Shown here: positions 1 to 8,108 of the stretch, one piece after another
How positions within the stretch are numbered: the stretch's first letter is position 1
Layout: each line of letters begins with the position of its first letter
From: a virus
Lineage: Duplodnaviria; Caudoviricetes
Virus record (IMG/VR): IMGVR_UViG_3300028048_000002
Location: 1 to 64,000 of that record
DNA length: 64,000 nucleotides
Direction: 5' to 3' (one strand)
Program-made: the position numbers and the translations under genes
The notes under the pieces: model-generated
Databases searched by the model: none
The model's input: only the letters and a program-made list of their open reading frames with translations
Told to the model about the DNA's origin: nothing

Positions 1-344
1 GCATCATAGGGCTGATTCATAGACATATAGTATCTATGCATATAAGCATCATGTAGATCTTGAGGATATAAAGTAGGAAATACCAATTCCTCTTCTGCAG
101 GGTCATCCATACATTCGTATGTTAACTCAACTTGAAGATCTTCAATTTGAAAAATACCTGTTATAAAGAAAATAGTAGCTGTGCGCTCACCTTTATCATC
201 ATCTAAATCAATAAGTTCAGAATCTATCTTAACATCAATTAGTTGAGGGTCTAACTCCCATTTTTTATCTACAGCTTCTGCTAATTGCCAAAAATCCTCT
301 TTTGCATATCGTTCAATTGCAGGAAATTCTGTTTTTGCTATCAT
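1..344 (-). CDS. acidic hypothetical protein, runs off the window edge (MIAKTEFPAIERYAKEDFWQLAEAVDKKWELD...)
   Basis: Not in the ORF track. ATG at 344 with AAGGAG Shine-Dalgarno upstream; frame stays open to position 3. Confidence 0.7.
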   Translation of the reverse strand, partial: MIAKTEFPAIERYAKEDFWQLAEAVDKKWELDPQLIDVKIDSELIDLDDDKGERTATIFFITGIFQIEDLQVELTYECMDDPAEEELVFPTLYPQDLHDAYMHRYYMSMNQPYD

Positions 345-411
345 ATTAAACTCCTTACTTATATACAATATATCGTAGTTCAAATTGACTACAAAAGAAT
401 TAAAGGCTAAA

Positions 412-1263
412 TTAATAAGAAGTTATAGATAATTGATCAGCAAATTGTAAAAGATGTACTAAAGGATAAGTTTCATTAGCTAATTGAAAATCATTAATAT
501 AAGCTTCTTCAACATGCCATCTACCCATATGATATCTGATTGCAAGAGCTTCATCTTCTGTTAACTTAAAAAGCTTCATAGCCATATACATAGAAGTTAC
601 ACCATGACCAAACGGATGAGGTGAATCTTTATATCTAAACGCTTCTACACTTTCCCATTGACCTGTAACTTCATTTTTAACATTACGTGTATACGTTTCG
701 TATAAACCAATTTTACACCAATCATGAACTAAACAACATAATGTAGCTGATGCAATATCAACATTCGAAAACTTATCTACTTTAAGAAGTTCAAGCATAT
801 TATTATATACAGTTAAAGTATGATACAACAGACCATGTTTAAAGGATTCATGATATCGAGTAGATGCAGGACTTTCATAAAAATCAGTAGATCTAATCCA
901 CTTAAGTACTTTATTTATATAGCTATCATACTCATCTGGGTTAAACCCATTTTCATAAGCACGATATTTTAGTAAAGCTTCCATTAGATCTTCATAAGAT
1001 TGTATAGAATGCTCAACGGATAGCCCATTTATTTGAATCTTGTTACCTAATTGATATTCTTTTCTAACTTCTTTAAACCGTTTCCAGTCATTATCAATAT
1101 GTGTATTATCTAGTTCAAAAAGGTTAGGAGTAGCGTCAAACAATATAGTACCAGATGATGAGATCCATCCAACTGTTGTTTTATCTTTTTTATTGATAAT
1201 TGTCCATTCATTTTCTTTATTAAAAATAAACCAATACGTAAATGTCTCAAATTCAGTTTCCAC
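412..1263 (-). CDS. HD-domain phosphohydrolase (YhaM/Cbf1-like catalytic domain) with N-terminal extension
   Basis: PASTRYH...GLLYH...HDWCKIG...LAIRYHMG...ADQL metal-binding pattern. Confidence 0.8.
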   Translation of the reverse strand: METEFETFTYWFIFNKENEWTIINKKDKTTVGWISSSGTILFDATPNLFELDNTHIDNDWKRFKEVRKEYQLGNKIQINGLSVEHSIQSYEDLMEALLKYRAYENGFNPDEYDSYINKVLKWIRSTDFYESPASTRYHESFKHGLLYHTLTVYNNMLELLKVDKFSNVDIASATLCCLVHDWCKIGLYETYTRNVKNEVTGQWESVEAFRYKDSPHPFGHGVTSMYMAMKLFKLTEDEALAIRYHMGRWHVEEAYINDFQLANETYPLVHLLQFADQLSITSY

Positions 1264-1314
1264 AATAATTCCTTACATAATTATAAGTATGCTATATAAG
1301 ATATTAACGAAACA

Positions 1315-1352
1315 AAATAAAAGCACTCAGATTGTACCAAGTGCTTTTATTT
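1315..1352. terminator. intrinsic terminator hairpin, bidirectional type
   Basis: aaataaaagcact / agtgcttttattt inverted repeat just downstream of the 1376 gene. Confidence 0.65.
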
Positions 1353-1375
1353 ATTCAATACTTAGTTTTAGTTTA

Positions 1376-1783
1376 TTAAATTAAATGAAAATACACATCT
1401 GAAATTTTTGGATAGCCTAGATCATAATCATAAGTATTATTAGAATATGAATCTTCTGAAATTGTTGCAGTATATGGAATTGTAAGTATACAAGATAATA
1501 GATACTTACCATCTCTAACAGGCCACTTATCGGATAAAGCATCTAAAAGCATATCAAATAACTGATTAGAAGTTGCAACTAGCTCACCTGTATCTTCATC
1601 ATACCAATCTTCAAAGATATCATCTGCTGAATTCTCAAAGTCAATCCAATCAATACAAGATACAGGTTCATTATCTATAGTAATTTCTATGACCTTGTCT
1701 TCGAGAAATTCATAATAATCAGGATTCTGCAGATACTGATCATATTTATTTAAACTATCCGAAAAAGTAGCTAAAATCTTCAT
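1376..1783 (-). CDS. acidic hypothetical protein with MKILA leader (candidate head cargo)
   Basis: ORF track; coupled to the lysin stop codon; leader resembles those of the 3.6-7.7 kb array. Confidence 0.6.
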   Translation of the reverse strand: MKILATFSDSLNKYDQYLQNPDYYEFLEDKVIEITIDNEPVSCIDWIDFENSADDIFEDWYDEDTGELVATSNQLFDMLLDALSDKWPVRDGKYLLSCILTIPYTATISEDSYSNNTYDYDLGYPKISDVYFHLI

Positions 1784-1785
1784 CA

Positions 1786-2736
1786 TTACACCGCTTTAAT
1801 TTGAATAGCTTCAATAGAATGGTTGATTCCTACAGTACCACAAGCGTATCCAGCATCAATCCATCCGGTCCACCCAAATCCTGAAATATGACATTTGTAT
1901 TGAACTTTAAAGTTTTTAGGATTCTTAACGATATCAATTTCAAATGCTTCAATACCTTGTTTTTTACCTGTAGTACCAATGATAGGATCATTAGGAGATG
2001 AACCAGTACCTGAATTTTGACCAGCTTTTATTCCTTTGTATGTTTTCCAGCCTACATTAGCAATATGAGCTTTTACGTTTAGTTCCATTCCCTCAGGGGG
2101 TTTGATTTTAAAAGCTTCCATAGCATAAGCATTACCAACAGTGCCTGCAACTTGACCATCTCTTACAGAATCAAGCCATCCTAGATTAGCTACATGAGCT
2201 CTATAATAAAATCCGTTATTGTTAACAGCTTTTCCTGGCTTTTGTTTATTCACAGTATGCCCTTTCATCTTAGAAGATACAGCAGTTATAAATTGATTCC
2301 AGGTTCTTCCAAATTGGTTAAAGTACCCAATTGGATCAGTATGATCAGAACCACCCCAAGTGCTTGAACAATATGCATGGGATAGCAATCTACTAGTTCC
2401 CCATCCTTTTTTCTTAAGATACCAAGCTGCAAATTCAACAGCATTATCCCAAACTTGATTGAACTGAGTTGAATTAGTAGCATGACATAATTCAATACCT
2501 ACAGTAAAACCGTTAGCATTACCTACATGCCAACAGATTCTATTATCAGGACAGCAATGATATGCAATACCATTCCAATCCATGACATAATGAGCCATAT
2601 AATCAGCACCACCGCTAGACCAATAACTTACGTGGTTTAAGGCTGTAGCTCCAGGATTAGCGGTTTCATGTATAACTAGATATTGAGGACTGCATACACC
2701 ATGCCCGTTAGAAATTATATTTTCTTTAACTTGCAT
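1786..2736 (-). CDS. endolysin: Amidase_2 N-acetylmuramoyl-L-alanine amidase plus ChW-type cell-wall-binding repeats
   Basis: VIHETAN...AHY...WHVG...GIELC...SH...HTDP zinc amidase motifs; YRAHVANLGW / AHIANVGW / CHISGFGW...IEAIQI repeats; directly follows the holin. Confidence 0.88.
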   Translation of the reverse strand: MQVKENIISNGHGVCSPQYLVIHETANPGATALNHVSYWSSGGADYMAHYVMDWNGIAYHCCPDNRICWHVGNANGFTVGIELCHATNSTQFNQVWDNAVEFAAWYLKKKGWGTSRLLSHAYCSSTWGGSDHTDPIGYFNQFGRTWNQFITAVSSKMKGHTVNKQKPGKAVNNNGFYYRAHVANLGWLDSVRDGQVAGTVGNAYAMEAFKIKPPEGMELNVKAHIANVGWKTYKGIKAGQNSGTGSSPNDPIIGTTGKKQGIEAFEIDIVKNPKNFKVQYKCHISGFGWTGWIDAGYACGTVGINHSIEAIQIKAV

Positions 2737-2980
2737 TATTTTCTGCTTTCTTTTCAGATTTAAGCTGCTTTAAGAAAGTCTGTGCAGCTTGAGCTTCCGA
2801 AGTCATATTCTGGTTATACCACCAACCCCATACAATTGTTACTGCATTAAATATGACTAACACAGCTTGAATAGTAGCATCAGCATCAATCTTTACACCA
2901 TAAAGATCAAGTAAACTCGCAATAAACATAACAACTAATGTTATTATTGCCTTTATTCTAGTGATTGTTTCCTCTTTCAT
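2726..2980 (-). CDS. holin (SPP1-family-like, two transmembrane segments)
   Basis: Two hydrophobic helices, WWYNQNMTSEAQAAQ signature, basic C-terminus, overlaps the lysin start. Confidence 0.8.
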   Translation of the reverse strand: MKEETITRIKAIITLVVMFIASLLDLYGVKIDADATIQAVLVIFNAVTIVWGWWYNQNMTSEAQAAQTFLKQLKSEKKAENNAS

Positions 2981-3025
2981 AGTTATCTCCTTTAGTAGAT
3001 ACTTACATGATATATTTATGGAAGG

Positions 3026-3061
3026 TTCTGCGAATATACTAAATTCTGCGAATATACTAAA
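3026..3061. repeat. 18-bp tandem duplication (ttctgcgaatatactaaa x2)
   Basis: Directly visible between the recU stop and the holin promoter motif. Confidence 0.85.
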
Positions 3062-3560
3062 ACTCTATATTTAAATTAGAAACATAGGTTTGTAAATCAC
3101 CTGTATAATCTAATAATTGCTTTCTGCTAGCTTTAGTAGATATTTCAGAATACGGAATAGTCCAGGAATGAATTTTCTTGATATTTATTGATTTCTTCCC
3201 TGATTTATATAAAGCATCTATATCTTGAATATTTAAAATAAAAGCTCTTTGTTGAGTTGCAAATAAAATTATTATTAATCCATAACATCCTTTAATTTTT
3301 GATTTCTGAAGCAACCCTGCCCATTGAGTTTCAGAAATCATGGAAAAATCAAATCTATCAGAATATGTAGATTTAGATTCAATATAATAAATATTAGGAT
3401 ATTTATAGCAAATAAAATCGCATATATTCCTACTTACAGCATAAAATCCTGACATTTGATCAGGAATACGAGTAAAAGCATATCCATTTTTAGCATCATC
3501 TAACCAGTCTCTTAATTTTTGTTCTGCTTTTTTCCCTAAGCCATCATCAGGTCCTGGCAT
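3057..3560 (-). CDS. recU: Holliday junction resolvase, RecU-like (PD-(D/E)xK fold)
   Basis: GKKAE...RIPD...CDF...YIESKST...FS.ISETQ pattern and KSINIK C-terminus typical of phage RecU-like resolvases. Confidence 0.72.
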   Translation of the reverse strand: MPGPDDGLGKKAEQKLRDWLDDAKNGYAFTRIPDQMSGFYAVSRNICDFICYKYPNIYYIESKSTYSDRFDFSMISETQWAGLLQKSKIKGCYGLIIILFATQQRAFILNIQDIDALYKSGKKSINIKKIHSWTIPYSEISTKASRKQLLDYTGDLQTYVSNLNIEF

Positions 3561-3597
3561 CTACATCTCCTAAAGTCTATACAGGTTAAATCATAAA

Positions 3598-3636
3598 AAT
3601 AGAGTATCATATGAAATTAAGATATAATACTCTATT
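3598..3636 (-). terminator. hairpin at the end of the small-gene array
   Basis: aatagagtat / atactctatt inverted repeat followed by a T-run on the minus strand. Confidence 0.5.
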
Positions 3637-3644
3637 AATACTTT

Positions 3645-3989
3645 TTAATAAATATTTTCTGTTATGAAATCAGAAATAGCATTATCAATCATATATTCTA
3701 CATCATCAAAAGACTCTGAAGGTTCATCATAAAAATTTAATTTACAAGTAAATGATCCAATGTAGTTATCTAACCCTTCCATAACTTCAAAAAATACTTC
3801 ATTGGCACTCCAATTTAAATCATCTATCCAAATTTCTTTATTTTTCCAGCCACGTTTCTTTTTTAAAGTCTGTATTAATTTGTCCTTAGCATATTCTGCA
3901 ATTTCTATTTGCACATTTTCATCAGAAAGATTAAAATCAGTATTCATATATTGTTCTAATGAAATTGCAGTTCTGATATAAAATTTCAT
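3645..3989 (-). CDS. small acidic protein with MKFYIRTA leader (candidate head cargo)
   Basis: ORF track; start moved to the Met following the AGGTG Shine-Dalgarno. Confidence 0.65.
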   Translation of the reverse strand: MKFYIRTAISLEQYMNTDFNLSDENVQIEIAEYAKDKLIQTLKKKRGWKNKEIWIDDLNWSANEVFFEVMEGLDNYIGSFTCKLNFYDEPSESFDDVEYMIDNAISDFITENIY

Positions 3990-4003
3990 TAAGATCACCT
4001 TGT

Positions 4004-4237
4004 TTAAAGTTTTTTAAGTCTTCCAGAAGTTGATCCCCATTCATAAGTACCATCACGATTAATTTCAGTATATGCGATGGCTGCAATATTTCCATTGCTG
4101 TCATATAAAGATAAAGAAGTGGTAGGATGAGTAGCCCAATGTGGATCAGCTCTTAAACCTGTCTCAGATTCAATTTCACGTACAAGAGTTTTCCAATCAT
4201 TTTCAATATAATAAGCAGATCTAATATAACGTTTCAT
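4004..4237 (-). CDS. small protein with MKRYIRSA leader (candidate head cargo)
   Basis: AGGAG Shine-Dalgarno; shared leader. Confidence 0.7.
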   Translation of the reverse strand: MKRYIRSAYYIENDWKTLVREIESETGLRADPHWATHPTTSLSLYDSNGNIAAIAYTEINRDGTYEWGSTSGRLKKL

Positions 4238-4245
4238 TTAAACTC

Positions 4246-4506
4246 CTAACGTATAAAATTACGTACATCCATAAAATAGGTAGATCCATATTCAGTATAA
4301 TCTGAATAAGCTTTATCCCAGTTAGGATCGCCTCTAAATATAGAATCCATTTTGGATACATTACGATCTACAGTTGCAGTATTTTTATAATCTATATAGT
4401 ATCTATTAACAACTTTTTGAATTAAATCCCAAGCTTCAAATTTATCTTTAAATGAACTTAATTGAGTAGAAGCTTTAACAGAATTTGAAAGGATATATTT
4501 CTTCAT
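4246..4506 (-). CDS. small protein with MKKYILSNSVKAS leader; paralog of 5180..5380
   Basis: AAGGAG Shine-Dalgarno; shares the EA..lI.KV...Y ... S.FRGD.NWD.AY block with 5180..5380. Confidence 0.7.
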   Translation of the reverse strand: MKKYILSNSVKASTQLSSFKDKFEAWDLIQKVVNRYYIDYKNTATVDRNVSKMDSIFRGDPNWDKAYSDYTEYGSTYFMDVRNFIR

Positions 4507-4529
4507 TCAAATCTCCTTATTTACACTTC

Positions 4530-4817
4530 CTAATCCTCCAAATATCTTGAAGAGTCTTCTAGCATAGTTTCTTCTGTATCTCCATAATATGATTGCATAT
4601 ATGATCGTATAGTACGAATTCGAGAAATCATCTTCTCAATTTCAAAAGCAATATCTTTGATTTGAGACGCAGGATTATTAAGACCTTTACCGTTTAATTG
4701 ACGCCAAGTTGTCCAAGCAGTAGCATTCGCCATATCTAATTCATGCTCTAATGGAAGTAGATAATCGTTAGAAAAATCTAAATCCATGTTTTCAGAAGAT
4801 TTGATGTACTTTTTCAT
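4530..4817 (-). CDS. small protein with MKKYIKSS leader (candidate head cargo)
   Basis: ORF track; internal Met begins the shared leader. Confidence 0.65.
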   Translation of the reverse strand: MKKYIKSSENMDLDFSNDYLLPLEHELDMANATAWTTWRQLNGKGLNNPASQIKDIAFEIEKMISRIRTIRSYMQSYYGDTEETMLEDSSRYLED

Positions 4818-4825
4818 AATTACCA

Positions 4826-5146
4826 TTACTCTCTTTCTACTAAAAAAGTGAAAGCTGTACTTGCAGTTTCAAATCCTAACAAATCATTAGAATCCAAATT
4901 GTAATTATTTAGCAAAAATTGTCTATATTTATCAATCAATTTAGAATCTAACAAACTATCCTCAAAAATTTCTGTTAAAGTCATACCACTGAGAATATCG
5001 ATTGCAAACCATTTAGCATTTTCAGCAGATGATGCAGTTAAAACCCATGTTTGAATTACTTTATGGGACAATAAGCCCCTAATACCTTTAACGTAAAAAG
5101 ATACATGATAATCAGATTCAACATAAGTTCTAGAAAATATTTTCAT
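4826..5146 (-). CDS. small protein with MKIFS leader
   Basis: ORF track; packed within the array. Confidence 0.6.
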   Translation of the reverse strand: MKIFSRTYVESDYHVSFYVKGIRGLLSHKVIQTWVLTASSAENAKWFAIDILSGMTLTEIFEDSLLDSKLIDKYRQFLLNNYNLDSNDLLGFETASTAFTFLVERE

Positions 5147-5179
5147 GATACAATACCTGAAATATATTGTATAAATTCT

Positions 5180-5380
5180 TTAAAACTCTTCATGGAATCG
5201 TCTATAAGCTTCGTCCCAATTACGATCACCACGAAATACCGAATTAATATTCTCAACTTTAAGATCTACAGATTTAGGACCATTTACTAAATACATATCT
5301 ATTACTTTATTGATTATACTGTATGCTTCATTCCAATTTTCAAAAACACTTGAAGTTGTAGCTGCAACTACCCGTTTCAT
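5180..5380 (-). CDS. small protein with MKRVVAAT leader; paralog of 4246..4506
   Basis: GGAGG Shine-Dalgarno; FRGDRNWDEAY block. Confidence 0.7.
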   Translation of the reverse strand: MKRVVAATTSSVFENWNEAYSIINKVIDMYLVNGPKSVDLKVENINSVFRGDRNWDEAYRRFHEEF

Positions 5381-5433
5381 TTTCAACCTCCAGAAATTAT
5401 ACGTTAGAATCTCAAAGATTTTGATTTTCGTAA

Positions 5434-5925
5434 TTATAAAACTTTGTATTGATAATCAGATATTTCAATTGCTTTACCATTGTAGCACATACCTTCAAGA
5501 CATCTAAGCAAATCAAAAAAATCATCGATACCTAGACGATCAGCTTCATAAATAAGTCCACCAGGTTCTTCCGCTTCAGATGAACGTTTAGATATAATCA
5601 TACCTGAGCATTCTTTTGACACTAAATCCCCAAATTCTTCATAAGCTGTTTGACCAAAATAATCGTCATAATAACCTTTAGGTAAATTATCAGCAGCTAA
5701 TATATTTTTAGAAGAATTAACTGCACGAAGATTTAGATATCCTTGAAGCTTTCCAGACATCTGGGCTAGTTGAGCCACAAATCCAGAAAACATTTTAGCA
5801 TCTGCTTTATTTTCAGCATTAACTTGTAAATATGTCATGGCTTGCATAGCTTGATCTATAAGTCTTTTAGCTTCTAAATAGCCATCTCCAATATCAAATT
5901 GAGCAGTTTTTATAACTCGTTTCAT
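5434..5925 (-). CDS. two-domain small protein with MKRVIKTA leader and internal VNSS/ILAA linker
   Basis: GAGG Shine-Dalgarno; helical N-half and acidic C-half separated by the repeated motif. Confidence 0.7.
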   Translation of the reverse strand: MKRVIKTAQFDIGDGYLEAKRLIDQAMQAMTYLQVNAENKADAKMFSGFVAQLAQMSGKLQGYLNLRAVNSSKNILAADNLPKGYYDDYFGQTAYEEFGDLVSKECSGMIISKRSSEAEEPGGLIYEADRLGIDDFFDLLRCLEGMCYNGKAIEISDYQYKVL

Positions 5926-5934
5926 TTTAACCTC

Positions 5935-6183
5935 TCATAAGTCATAGATCGTTTTATAGAGACGCTCCGCTTCTTCTAGTAATTCATAAGAATCAAATAT
6001 ATGACCCTTAACTTTATTAACAATAGCAGATCCTCTTCCGAGGTTTGAGTCTTCAATCTGTTCTAGGCAATCTAAAATCTCTAGCAATTTAGTATTGCAG
6101 TTTTTAATCGCAGATAACTTTTGTGTACCCTCGAAATCTCTTTTATAATTGGTAGCTGAACCACATTTAATTATACGTTTCAT
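5935..6183 (-). CDS. small helical protein with MKRIIKCG leader
   Basis: GAGGG Shine-Dalgarno before the internal Met. Confidence 0.65.
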   Translation of the reverse strand: MKRIIKCGSATNYKRDFEGTQKLSAIKNCNTKLLEILDCLEQIEDSNLGRGSAIVNKVKGHIFDSYELLEEAERLYKTIYDL

Positions 6184-6197
6184 ACAATCCCTCACAA

Positions 6198-6641
6198 TTA
6201 TAGAGCAGAAGGTAATCCTAAGGATGCAATATATTCCGGATCATCGGTTACAGGTGTAAATCTAGTAGACATACCTCTAAAATCTACATGATAGTACTCA
6301 CCACCAATGTCAATGATAGGAGTTTCATAATCATCACGCCAATAAACAGGGCATTGATACATATCAGCATTATATCTATAAAGTTCATCATCTACAGACC
6401 ATATTTCACTTTCTATATCTTCTTCAGAATCATAGAAATCTGAATATGCATTTAAGAATTCTTCGTAGTTATTATATCTAATAGCTTCCTCATAAATAGT
6501 GTCTGCAGCTGTAATTTCTGCTTGATTAATTTGAGAATTAGAAATAATACCATTTTCTAGTTCCATTATTCGAGTTTCAAAAGCATCAATCATATCTTCA
6601 ATAGATCCAGTATTGCATTTGATATATTTATTTAATTGCAT
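6198..6641 (-). CDS. acidic protein with MQLNKYIKCN leader and internal ITAA site
   Basis: AGGAG Shine-Dalgarno; shared motif. Confidence 0.7.
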   Translation of the reverse strand: MQLNKYIKCNTGSIEDMIDAFETRIMELENGIISNSQINQAEITAADTIYEEAIRYNNYEEFLNAYSDFYDSEEDIESEIWSVDDELYRYNADMYQCPVYWRDDYETPIIDIGGEYYHVDFRGMSTRFTPVTDDPEYIASLGLPSAL

Positions 6642-6650
6642 AATTATCTC

Positions 6651-6899
6651 CTAAGCGATAAGCTGGTCAGCAATATCTTGTATGAACCCTTGTAAAATTT
6701 TTTCAATTTGATTAATAATAGTATCTGCTGAATCTTCATCTAATTGATCTAACCCACTAAGGATATAATCAAAATCAGATTCTACATCTTTTATTTTATC
6801 TTGGAGTGTGATTTCTACCTCATCATCAGCAGCTTCAATAATATTAGTTCTCATCGGAATACTAACTGAATTAGTTGCAGATTTTATAATACGTTTCAT
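6651..6899 (-). CDS. acidic helical protein with MKRIIKSAT leader and internal IEAA site
   Basis: GGGAG Shine-Dalgarno; shared motif. Confidence 0.7.
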   Translation of the reverse strand: MKRIIKSATNSVSIPMRTNIIEAADDEVEITLQDKIKDVESDFDYILSGLDQLDEDSADTIINQIEKILQGFIQDIADQLIA

Positions 6900-7748
6900 T
6901 TATTCTCCCATAGTTTCAAAGGGGTATTTCAAAGCAGCGATAAGATATTCTTTTTTAACTTGTACACCAGATCTATTTGACATCCAATTAAGTATATCAG
7001 CTTTGGAATTAAAATCGTCACTAGCTAGCATTTGGTCAACGTAATAATCAGTAATATCAACAACAATGAATTTCTTTGGAGTTTCACGTTTAATCATATA
7101 CCAAACAGTAGACTTAGATCTACTATTGTAACCTAGGGATTCAAGCGGTGAACCTTTAAGTGCAACAGGTTTACCTATGAATTCTTCAAGTTCTAATGCT
7201 CTAATCTGAGATTCAAAATCGGGACGATCTCGTCTAGAATCAGAAACAGTGATATAATCACTCCAAGAAGGAAGAGTCCTATTAAGAACTGATGCCCAAT
7301 CGACAGAATTTAGCAGGTCCAAAGTATATACAGTAGCTCGGAGAGATCGCATTTGTTCTTCCGTAGTAGCTTGTAATCCACTCCAAGAACCTGTTTCTTT
7401 GATAGGATTCCCTTCTTCATCTAAAGAGACGTTAAAATTCCAAGAAAGAGCTGAAGCTTCATCAAAATGACGACGTTCATTACATAGTATACGGACTTCA
7501 AGACATGCACTTTTAGCTGTACCCATGCGACGATAACGACTAGTAGTGCTTACAGTTACCTCAAAATCAAGCCAAGGGTTTTTGATCATATTTTCAACAT
7601 ATTCACGAACCGGCTGCATAACATCTTCTCTAGCTTGTTCATATGCAGCACGTTGCTCATCGTATTGGGCTTTGCGCTTAGCATAATCCGCATCATATTC
7701 ATCACGAGCACGACGAAGATCTTCTAGTTTACTAGAATATATTTTCAT
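6900..7748 (-). CDS. 282-aa hypothetical protein with MKIYSS leader and N-terminal coiled coil; first gene of the array
   Basis: AAGGAG Shine-Dalgarno; ACCTT motif 48 bp upstream. Confidence 0.75.
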   Translation of the reverse strand: MKIYSSKLEDLRRARDEYDADYAKRKAQYDEQRAAYEQAREDVMQPVREYVENMIKNPWLDFEVTVSTTSRYRRMGTAKSACLEVRILCNERRHFDEASALSWNFNVSLDEEGNPIKETGSWSGLQATTEEQMRSLRATVYTLDLLNSVDWASVLNRTLPSWSDYITVSDSRRDRPDFESQIRALELEEFIGKPVALKGSPLESLGYNSRSKSTVWYMIKRETPKKFIVVDITDYYVDQMLASDDFNSKADILNWMSNRSGVQVKKEYLIAALKYPFETMGE

Positions 7749-7804
7749 TTAAACTCCTTAAAATTAGTTAAGCATATACCATACTGTTATAATTAAAGGT
7801 AAAA

Positions 7805-8011
7805 TTACTCATCAAGAACTTCAATTGAAATATTATACTTATCCGCTTCAAGAAGGTAACTCTGCCCAGCAGATGAAAACCGAATTTCATTATCTTTAAT
7901 GGTGATATCCCTAATTATGTAAGTACGAATTCGCTCGTAATTCTTGAGCATATGATAATACAACGATCCGTCATCAATACGAGTGACAGTAAGTTTCATA
8001 TAATTAAGCAT
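7805..8011 (-). CDS. small hypothetical protein, probably early
   Basis: AAGGAGG Shine-Dalgarno and a near-consensus sigma70 promoter directly upstream. Confidence 0.7.
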   Translation of the reverse strand: MLNYMKLTVTRIDDGSLYYHMLKNYERIRTYIIRDITIKDNEIRFSSAGQSYLLEADKYNISIEVLDE

Positions 8012-8053
8012 GTTAACCTCCTTGAAGAGTTTTGATATGTGCTAACATGTTAA

Positions 8054-8082
8054 ATTATACTGTATTAAAGCATAAAAGTCAA
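8054..8082 (-). promoter_or_regulatory. sigma70/sigmaA-type promoter TTGACT-N17-TATAAT
   Basis: -35 at 8082-8077, -10 at 8059-8054, 17-bp spacer. Confidence 0.85.
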
Positions 8083-8108
8083 TATAAATGTATAAATTAC
8101 TGAAATAA

